A stretch of DNA of 24,000 nucleotides from Shewanella eurypsychrophilus. GTDB taxonomy: Bacteria; Pseudomonadota; Gammaproteobacteria; Enterobacterales; Shewanellaceae. Positions within the stretch are counted from its first letter, which is position 1. The number at the start of each line of letters is the position of its first letter. The stretch lies in contig NZ_CP045503.2 of assembly GCF_007004545.3 (NCBI RefSeq), positions 3,542,102 through 3,566,101 of the forward strand, written 5' to 3'. The notes beneath the pieces were generated by a model that saw only the letters and a list, made by a program, of their open reading frames with translations, was not told where the DNA came from and did not search any database. The position numbers were made by a program, and so were the translations under genes. Of this stretch, positions 17,807 to 24,000 are shown piece after piece.

Positions 17807-17914
17807 ATGTTCTACTTACTTCTTGAACTAATTATATCAGCAATCACCCAGGAGTTACACAAAACTTTCAGTTTGGTTTCAATCAAAACTAAGAACACGC
17901 CTCATACAGCCTAA
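17807..17914 (+). CDS. Candidate 35-aa mini-protein with a hydrophobic N-terminus and basic tail (MFYLLLELIISAITQELHKTFSLVSIKTKNTPHTA)
   Basis: ATG 17807 is preceded by AGGAAG (17795-17800) with a 6 nt spacer. It is divergent from the acidic mini-ORF across an 80 bp gap. No homology recognised. Confidence 0.25.
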   Translation: MFYLLLELIISAITQELHKTFSLVSIKTKNTPHTA

Positions 17915-18090
17915 TAACGACCCATTTCTGAATGTTTCGATGAAAGACTTACAAGCCATTATACCTTACAGGCCTTATTTTTTGATTTTAACAGATAAAA
18001 AAATCTAGGTTTTATCCCCCTAACTGCTATCAATTAAGGATACCTATAAATATTTATGGGAACGTCGTTGAGTTTTATGGAGGACGGAAA

Positions 18091-18315
18091 ATGAATGCGC
18101 TGGTTGAATTTGAAGCAGGAAGACTTGTTGACCTCTTTGATCAAGGGGATACACTACACATCTTTATGTTTATGGACAAAATGAACATGCCAATTGATGT
18201 TCAGGACAGACTCTTTTCTGAGATCTCAGCCTTAAAATATATAGATAAAACGAAAGTGGAGCACATCATAGAGTCGCATGGTCAATCGACAATCCACGAA
18301 CGACTCAGTTACTGA
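18091..18315 (+). CDS. Hypothetical 74-aa cytoplasmic protein, no recognisable domain
   Basis: Strong SD GGAGGA (18079-18084) with a 6 nt spacer before ATG 18091. The composition is soluble and acidic. A long hairpin follows at 18364-18415. Confidence 0.55.
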   Translation: MNALVEFEAGRLVDLFDQGDTLHIFMFMDKMNMPIDVQDRLFSEISALKYIDKTKVEHIIESHGQSTIHERLSY

Positions 18316-18363
18316 AGCGACTAAAACTGATAAAAGAACCAAATATCACAGGTTATTTGTGTA

Positions 18364-18415
18364 CAAAACCAAATACACTGACTCATACCAATCGGTATAA
18401 AGGTATTTGGTTTTG
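18364..18415. terminator. Nested long hairpin between convergent genes
   Basis: CAAAACCAAATAC (18364-18376) pairs perfectly over 13 bp with GTATTTGGTTTTG (18403-18415). An inner ATACC-aatc-GGTAT hairpin lies at 18386-18399. Confidence 0.5.
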
Positions 18416-18428
18416 GCTACTGACAAAA

Positions 18429-19313
18429 TTAATTATCTTTACGAATGTATTTCAGCACTTTTAATGCTTTATCCGAGCTAACATCAATAAATGAACTTGG
18501 ATTTGATAACTGTTCAACAAATTCCAGTGTCGGGCTGTATTCTGCAACCTGGTCCATCAAAAACTCGATGCTGAGTTCAGGTGCATTAAGACACAATAAA
18601 ACCTCACCATCAGCCGCTAAGAGCTCAGGTAAACGTTTAAGCAACCTAGAATAATCTTTCGTTGCTACGAAACTGCCTTTTTGATTACTCGGTGGGTCGG
18701 CAATGATCATCTCATAGGGCCCAAGCTTCGTTAGCTTACCCCAAGACTTAAAAATATCATGCCCAAAAAATCTAGCCCCTGATGAGAAGCCATTTAACAG
18801 GTGATTTTGCTTACCAATGGACAGGGCTCCTTTACTCATATCAATATTCACTACGCTGTCGCACCCTCCTTGCAGAGCCGCAACTGAAAACGCGCAAGTA
18901 TACGAAAACAAGTTTAAGACCTTTTTCTCTGTTGCATTCTCCCTCACCCATTGACGACCATTTTTCATATCCAGAAATAAGCCGTGATTTTGCCCTTTTA
19001 GCAAATGTACATGGTAGCTCGCTCCATTTTCCATCACAGTATGCTTCTCAGGAACGCTTCCAGCTATTAACTCAGTTTGCGTACTTCCACCACTCCGATA
19101 CTGGTAAACTAGGTTCAGCTCTTGCTCTCCTTGAAGCTGTTGCCACCTCTGCTTAATCAAGTTGACAGATAAATCTAAGCTTTGAGTGTCTAAAGGTTTA
19201 AAACTGGTTAAAAGAAGCACTGGCGGAAACCAGTCCAGGCATATATGTTCAGCCCCAGGATACATACCGCCTCGACCATGGAAAAGACGGTTAACTTCCT
19301 CACCCAGTGTCAT
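18429..19313 (-). CDS. Class I SAM-dependent methyltransferase with an RlmI/RlmK-type catalytic domain (PF10672-like) and no PUA domain
   Basis: Motifs VLNLFSYTCAFSVAALQGG (SAM binding), NIDMS and IIADPPS (DPPxx catalytic motif), preceded by RLFHGRGG. The ORF-track start at 19415 runs through a terminator hairpin, so ATG 19313 (MTLGEEVNRLFHG...) is preferred. GTG 19373 cannot be excluded. Confidence 0.8.
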   Translation of the reverse strand: MTLGEEVNRLFHGRGGMYPGAEHICLDWFPPVLLLTSFKPLDTQSLDLSVNLIKQRWQQLQGEQELNLVYQYRSGGSTQTELIAGSVPEKHTVMENGASYHVHLLKGQNHGLFLDMKNGRQWVRENATEKKVLNLFSYTCAFSVAALQGGCDSVVNIDMSKGALSIGKQNHLLNGFSSGARFFGHDIFKSWGKLTKLGPYEMIIADPPSNQKGSFVATKDYSRLLKRLPELLAADGEVLLCLNAPELSIEFLMDQVAEYSPTLEFVEQLSNPSSFIDVSSDKALKVLKYIRKDN

Positions 19314-19375
19314 CTTAGCTATTTCATCGAAAAATAATTGTATTTCATTCACTTGTCGCAAACTCGCTTTCACTT

Positions 19376-19410
19376 TGTAAAACAAAAAAGCCACATAAAT
19401 TGTGGCTTTG
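19376..19410 (-). terminator. Rho-independent terminator of the tqsA-like gene
   Basis: The minus strand reads AAGCCACA-ATTTA-TGTGGCTT followed by TTTTTGTTTT. It lies 27 nt after the tqsA-like stop at 19437. Confidence 0.75.
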
Positions 19411-19436
19411 CTCATCCCCTGATGGTGTTGACCTCA

Positions 19437-20513
19437 CTAAGCGGCCTCAGAGGTGTCCTCTTTATCGCGGTCATTATCCTTAATTTCAACATCGTCAGCT
19501 AACAGGATTGCCAACCAGCTCCCGCCTTTACTCGACTCGAGAGCAATTTTAACAATCATGGTCAGAGGGACGGATAATAACATGCCAACCGAGCCTAATA
19601 GCCAGCCCCAAAAGATTAATGACAAAAACACCACCAATGTCGAGAGGCCTAAGCCTTTGCCCATATATCTTGGTTCAACCACATTGCCCATTATCATATT
19701 CGTCCCAAAATAGAGTAATGCTGTACCACCTGCAGCTGCAGGGCCTAATTGAATAAATGCTAATAGCACAGAAGGGATCGCGGCAATGATAGACCCAATA
19801 TTCGGTATGTAGTTAAACAAGAAGGCTATCACACCCCACAAAAGTGCGTAATCCACACCAATAAAGGCAAGTCCAAAGCCGACGATCACACCCGTAGCTA
19901 AACTCACTAATGTCTTAATGACCATATATTGATTGACTGAATGCAAAAATTTATCAATTTGCTGCATTCTCATATCTGGATCATCCAATGCACAATGTAA
20001 TTTCTTTGGTAAAGTCTGTGATTCAAACAACATAAACACGACAGTAAGAATGATCAAAAATAGATTAGCCATCACACCACCCACGCCTGTCAGCATGTTG
20101 GTTGTCATCGAGAGTGCGATACCGGGATCGAAGTAGGCCAATATTTGCTCTTTAGTGATGATTATATTGAATGTCTGTAACTTCTGAACAATCCAGCCAA
20201 ATTGTTCCACAAGCTGATCACGGTATTGAGGCAGTTGATTAGAAAACTCATTGATAGAGCTCCCGACAATTTGTGCTAACCAAAGCCCCATCATGACAAT
20301 AAATACCATCAAGAGTAGAACAGCTAAGGCTCTTGGCACTTTAAAACGGGTCATCCAGGTGATCACCGGATTACAGATCACCGCAATAAAAGCAGACAAA
20401 ACAAAGGGCACGACAATCGGGCTGGCAGTTTTAATACCAGCCAAGATCACGACAATAAATGCCATGATCGCAAATCCTTTATACGCAACAGATTGAGTAT
20501 CAATTCTTGGCAT
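19437..20513 (-). CDS. tqsA: AI-2E family transporter (TqsA/YdgG-like, UPF0118)
   Basis: Matches E. coli TqsA closely by eye (VVPFVLSAFIAVICNPV..., LPQYR, NYIPNIGS, EPRYMGKGLGLSTLVVFLSLIFWGWLLGSVGMLLSVPLTMIVKIALE). The 53 N-terminal codons of the ORF-track call overlap folX and have no homologue counterpart. ATG 20513 has an AAGGA about 10 nt upstream. Confidence 0.85.
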   Translation of the reverse strand: MPRIDTQSVAYKGFAIMAFIVVILAGIKTASPIVVPFVLSAFIAVICNPVITWMTRFKVPRALAVLLLMVFIVMMGLWLAQIVGSSINEFSNQLPQYRDQLVEQFGWIVQKLQTFNIIITKEQILAYFDPGIALSMTTNMLTGVGGVMANLFLIILTVVFMLFESQTLPKKLHCALDDPDMRMQQIDKFLHSVNQYMVIKTLVSLATGVIVGFGLAFIGVDYALLWGVIAFLFNYIPNIGSIIAAIPSVLLAFIQLGPAAAGGTALLYFGTNMIMGNVVEPRYMGKGLGLSTLVVFLSLIFWGWLLGSVGMLLSVPLTMIVKIALESSKGGSWLAILLADDVEIKDNDRDKEDTSEAA

Positions 20514-20607
20514 ATGAATAAAATCCTTCATGAATAACAAATAGATTGATAGGCTTAATAGCAAATCGCTCGTAATAAAAATAACTTCAGCATGGAGCAA
20601 TAACAGT

Positions 20608-20982
20608 ATGAGACCAGAAATCGCGATCATTCGCATCAAAAATCTACGTCTTAGGACATTTATCGGCATCAAAGACGATGAAATTCAAAACAAACAAGAT
20701 GTTCTCATTAATGCTGAAATTCACTACTGCGCAGAAAAGGCCCGTAACAGCGATAATATGGATGATGCGCTAAACTATCGCACAATTACCAAAAAAATTA
20801 TTGAGTTAGTTGAACATAATCGATTTTCTTTATTAGAAAACCTAACAGGCCAGGTGCTAGATATCACTAGTGAACATGCCTGGGTTGAGTTTGCGAGTGT
20901 AGAAGTAGACAAACCCCATGCACTTCGTTTCGCTGATTCCGTATCGATGTTTCTATGCTATCGCAAACCTAATGATATGTGA
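20608..20982 (+). CDS. folX: Dihydroneopterin triphosphate 2'-epimerase
   Basis: [27 protein letters not shown]...[21 protein letters not shown]...[10 protein letters not shown] is nearly colinear with E. coli FolX. SD GGAG at 20594-20597. Confidence 0.92.
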   Translation: MRPEIAIIRIKNLRLRTFIGIKDDEIQNKQDVLINAEIHYCAEKARNSDNMDDALNYRTITKKIIELVEHNRFSLLENLTGQVLDITSEHAWVEFASVEVDKPHALRFADSVSMFLCYRKPNDM

Positions 20983-21030
20983 TAACCCTAATAGCCGTTT
21001 CTTAACTGCAAATTCTTAGCTGCAAACTAG

Positions 21031-21053
21031 GAAAGCCTGGTTTTCAGGCTTTC
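21031..21053 (+). terminator. Hairpin after folX (GAAAGCCTG-GTTTT-CAGGCTTTC)
   Basis: A perfect 9 bp stem 49 nt after the folX stop. The trailing T-tract is weak. Confidence 0.5.
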
Positions 21054-21164
21054 AAGCTTTACAGTTGCTTATTGAAATCATTATATTTTTGATAACATCA
21101 ATTTTCCACCCTGCTCTGCTACAATTGAGTTTATGGCTTAATTTATCCTAAGATACGCTAACCT

Positions 21165-22088
21165 ATGAAAATATTAATCTCGGGTGCTACTGGCTTCATT
21201 GGCCACCAGCTTGTTAGAGTTTTAAGCCATGAAAACAAGTTAACAATCTTAACTCGATCCCCCGCTAACGCCCACAAGCAATTAGGGGCTGAGCACCAAT
21301 ACCTAGGAAATTTAACTTCACTATCAGAATTAAATGAGTTTGATGCTGTTATCAATCTTGCTGGGGAACCTATCGTCAACAAACGTTGGTCAGAAAAACA
21401 AAAGCAATTGATTTGTGAAAGTCGTTGGCAACTGACCTCTCGAATAGCCGAATTAATCAAAGCCAGTGAACACCCACCTAAGATCTTTATCAGCTCATCT
21501 GCGATAGGGATATATGGAAGTCTAGGCACTCAATTAATCGATGAATCTTATGAATTAACTTTACTTGATGAAATGGCCACCAATAGTTTTCCTTTAAGAG
21601 TATGTTCCCGCTGGGAGAGTCTTGCTCTAGATGCTCAGTCAGACAAAACCAGAGTCTGCATCGTTAGAACTGGATTAGTATTAGGCTTATCTGGTGGCGC
21701 ACTGGCCAAAATGCTACTGCCATTTAAATTTGGACTCGGCGGCCCTATAGGCACAGGTCAACAAGGAATGAGCTGGATCCATCAAGATGATCAGATAGGC
21801 TTAATGCAATTTCTACTGAACAACGAAAAATGTAATGGCATTTACAATGCCACTGCACCAACTCCAGTCAGTAATTACAAGTTTTCTAAACAACTAGGGC
21901 AAGCACTCTCACGACCAGCATTGATACCTATGCCGGCCGCGATACTAAAGTTAGTACTAGGTGAAATGTCTGAGCTGCTTACACAAGGTCAATTTATTAT
22001 ACCAACACGTGCCTTAAAGGCTGGCTATCAATTTAAATACACTGAATTACATAAAGCTTTAGAAGACTTATTAAAGTCCGTTGATTAG
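21165..22088 (+). CDS. yfcH: TIGR01777-type NAD(P)-binding epimerase family protein (SDR fold plus DUF1731)
   Basis: Rossmann motif MKILISGATGFIG; length 307 aa. It follows folX exactly as yfcH does in E. coli. Confidence 0.88.
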   Translation: MKILISGATGFIGHQLVRVLSHENKLTILTRSPANAHKQLGAEHQYLGNLTSLSELNEFDAVINLAGEPIVNKRWSEKQKQLICESRWQLTSRIAELIKASEHPPKIFISSSAIGIYGSLGTQLIDESYELTLLDEMATNSFPLRVCSRWESLALDAQSDKTRVCIVRTGLVLGLSGGALAKMLLPFKFGLGGPIGTGQQGMSWIHQDDQIGLMQFLLNNEKCNGIYNATAPTPVSNYKFSKQLGQALSRPALIPMPAAILKLVLGEMSELLTQGQFIIPTRALKAGYQFKYTELHKALEDLLKSVD

Positions 22089-24000
22089 CCCGCTTTCAGT
22101 AAATCACCACAAGATTTGTTCAGAAGTTGACGACAACGCCACACTCCTAATAGCGCCACAGTCATTGCACCACAAACAGGGGCAATTCCCCACCAAGGCC
22201 AATGCATATACACATTCAATTCAAAGACCTGAGTTTTGAGTAGATAAAGAATAAATTCAGCGACTATCACCGCCAGTAAGCCAGAAATTGCACCTAACAA
22301 AGCAAACTCGAGTCCAGTCGCCATTCGCAGTAACCAGCCCGATGCGCCAAACGTTCTCAACACAGCTAACTCCCTTTGTCTTGTCGCCATTCCTGCTTCG
22401 GTTTGCGCTACCATCACCAAGCTACTCGCCAATAATACCAGCACTAACACCAGTGTTAGCGATAGAGACACTTGATCAACAATCTGCCTTAACTGCTTGA
22501 TCATATTGCCGACATCTATAATAGAGACCGTTGGGTGTTGCTTGATAATATCCAGAATAATGGACGATTTACCCTCATCAAGATAAAAGCTAGCCATCGA
22601 TGTATAAGCAAACGGAGACAGGGCTTCCTTTGTAAAAATCATAAAGAAATTGGGTTGTAATGTCTCCCAGTGCACCGCACGTATACTCGCCACGTTCACC
22701 ACTAGCCTCTGGTTGTCGATAACATAGGTCAGGCTATCGCCAATTTTCAGGTTTAAGCGCTCGGCGACACCTGACTCAACAGAAACGTCATCAGAATTAA
22801 CGTTAAACTCACCTTCTAATATCTCATTATTAGGCGGCATGCTGTCACGCCAAGTTAAATTAAGCTCACGAGAGATCCCCCTCCTGCCTTCAACACCCGC
22901 TTCAGCCTCATCACCGGAAAGTAGCTTCTCACCGTTAACCTCTGTCAGACGGCCTCGGATCACGGGATAGATATCGGTTGTCTTAACGGTATTTGACTTA
23001 AGGTAAGCTTCTAAAGGCACTGCTTCATCTGGTGCAATATTGACAAGGAAATAGTTAGGTGCATTTTCTGGCAGTTGCTTTTGCCATTCGTTGAGCAAGT
23101 CTTGCCTTAGAGCAAATATCGTCAACAACAAGACTAATGCACTACTAAAACCAACCAGTTGTACCGCATTTTGTTTCGCTCGCCTACGTAATCCAGCGAG
23201 TGCTAGCTGCAATGGGTTGGTGGTTTTCATCCCCACGCTGTGACCGAGTCGGATCATGAAAAAACCTAAGATACTCAGTAATAATCCGAGCAAAAGAACA
23301 CCAGCGACGACCGTTAACGTCAGCGGCAAACTTCCTGAATAGAGGTAACCCAAAATCCCCATAGCCATCAGACTCAAAATTAAGTGTAACCACATTCCAA
23401 GCTGTAATCCCTCCAGTTGACGTTGTAACACCCTCAAAGGTGGAATGGATAACAAACGCATTAACGGATAGGCAGAAAACATAAATGCACTGATAAACCC
23501 TGTCGCTAACCCAAGCAAGATGGGGCGAGTAAAAGGCGGTGAATAAGCGGCTATTTCATCGGGCAAGAAAGCGGTAATACCGGCATCTAACGCGAAGCCA
23601 CCCAGCAAACCTAAAATCACACCAAACAAGGTGACTAACATTAAGTGGAAACCAAATAATGTACGGATCTGCTTTGCCGATGCCCCAAATGTTTTAAGCA
23701 TGGCCACGACATCATAATGACGCTGACAATAACGCTGTGCGGCAATCCCTATCGCCGCACAGGCCAGAGCGATACCCAATAGGCTCGCCAATAATAAAAA
23801 GCGTTCAGCACGCTTTACTGCATCGGCTATGGGTGAGTCACCAGACTGAACGTCCACCCAACGTTGACTGTTGTTCAGTAGAGGCTTAGCAAAATCCTCA
23901 AATGCCTTAAGCTGTGACTCTTCTCCAGTAAACTGTGCCAGATAGGTAACTCGGCTACCAGGCTGAATAACCCCTGTGCTGGCTACATCATCTAAGCGCA
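22085..24000 (-). CDS. ybbP: FtsX/MacB-type ABC transporter permease YbbP, C-terminal about 638 codons (5' end outside the window)
   Basis: The minus-strand frame stays open upstream of the ORF-track GTG at 23857, all the way to base 24000 (…RLDDVASTGVIQPGSRVTYLAQFTGEESQLKAFEDFAKPLLNNSQRWVDVQSG…). It has two FtsX-like four-TM blocks (VAMLKTFGASAKQIRTLF and LAVLRTFGASGWLLR). Confidence 0.85.
   Translation of the reverse strand, partial: RLDDVASTGVIQPGSRVTYLAQFTGEESQLKAFEDFAKPLLNNSQRWVDVQSGDSPIADAVKRAERFLLLASLLGIALACAAIGIAAQRYCQRHYDVVAMLKTFGASAKQIRTLFGFHLMLVTLFGVILGLLGGFALDAGITAFLPDEIAAYSPPFTRPILLGLATGFISAFMFSAYPLMRLLSIPPLRVLQRQLEGLQLGMWLHLILSLMAMGILGYLYSGSLPLTLTVVAGVLLLGLLLSILGFFMIRLGHSVGMKTTNPLQLALAGLRRRAKQNAVQLVGFSSALVLLLTIFALRQDLLNEWQKQLPENAPNYFLVNIAPDEAVPLEAYLKSNTVKTTDIYPVIRGRLTEVNGEKLLSGDEAEAGVEGRRGISRELNLTWRDSMPPNNEILEGEFNVNSDDVSVESGVAERLNLKIGDSLTYVIDNQRLVVNVASIRAVHWETLQPNFFMIFTKEALSPFAYTSMASFYLDEGKSSIILDIIKQHPTVSIIDVGNMIKQLRQIVDQVSLSLTLVLVLVLLASSLVMVAQTEAGMATRQRELAVLRTFGASGWLLRMATGLEFALLGAISGLLAVIVAEFILYLLKTQVFELNVYMHWPWWGIAPVCGAMTVALLGVWRCRQLLNKSCGDLLKAG

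Noticed and set aside
23-23393. Many 60-125 aa ORF-track entries nested in or antisense to large conserved genes. Examples: 23-229, 441-623, 1228-1419, 1681-1938, 2248-2583, 3512-3802, 4339-4584, 4757-4990, 6380-6679, 7055-7432, 10277-10525, 11209-11430, 11942-12157, 13150-13332, 15000-15209, 15079-15291, 15647-15829, 17081-17266, 18445-18654, 18782-19156, 19186-19380, 19453-19713, 19933-20136, 20251-20496, 21158-21529, 22288-22500, 23184-23393.
   Set aside because: Each overlaps a confidently identified gene in another frame or strand. They have low-complexity or biased composition and no recognisable motifs or ribosome-binding sites. They are typical shadow ORFs.
1-24000. Searched for CRISPR repeats, IS or transposon inverted repeats, integrase or att-like sites, tRNA or rRNA, and defence-system-like multi-gene cassettes
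   Set aside because: No periodic repeat-spacer structure and no transposase, integrase or phage-like ORFs. There are no GC-rich cloverleaf-sized segments. Every large ORF is assignable to a housekeeping family, and only 16.7-18.4 kb looks mildly accessory.

Overview
This is a gene-dense (about 80% coding) gammaproteobacterial chromosomal window. Protein sequences and gene order look Shewanella/Alteromonadales-like, which is an inference from remembered homologues, not a search. Most of it is conserved core metabolism. From left to right: the 3' end of nuoN; an O-methyltransferase-like gene followed by a TehA/TDT-family channel gene; and a lone TonB-dependent receptor behind a roughly 690 bp AT-rich leader. 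Then come yfcC (minus strand) and the complete pyruvate-to-acetate/formate node, focA-pflB-pflA, yfbV (minus strand) and ackA-pta. Downstream of pta is an AT-rich stretch of about 1.7 kb with a lipoprotein gene, small orphan ORFs and long non-coding gaps. The window ends with a PF10672-type methyltransferase, a tqsA-like AI-2E transporter, folX-yfcH and the 3' two-thirds of ybbP. I see no rRNA, tRNA, CRISPR array, transposase, integrase or phage genes, and no convincing novel multi-gene system. The best leads are non-coding or small. (1) A convergent pair of DnaA boxes plus a third box lies in the 400 bp gap after pta. (2) A divergent pair of unannotated mini-ORFs with Shine-Dalgarno sites sits next to a 74-aa orphan. 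(3) The focA-pflB control region is layered: a PdhR-type operator, an FNR-type class II promoter, an attenuator-like hairpin and a duplicated bipartite motif. (4) The methyltransferase/TehA pairing resembles tehAB but uses a different methyltransferase family. Several ORF-track starts should move (pta, tqsA-like, tehA-like, TonB-dependent receptor, both methyltransferases). All functional calls rest on my recognition of translated motifs and on hand-read DNA motifs; nothing was searched against a database.
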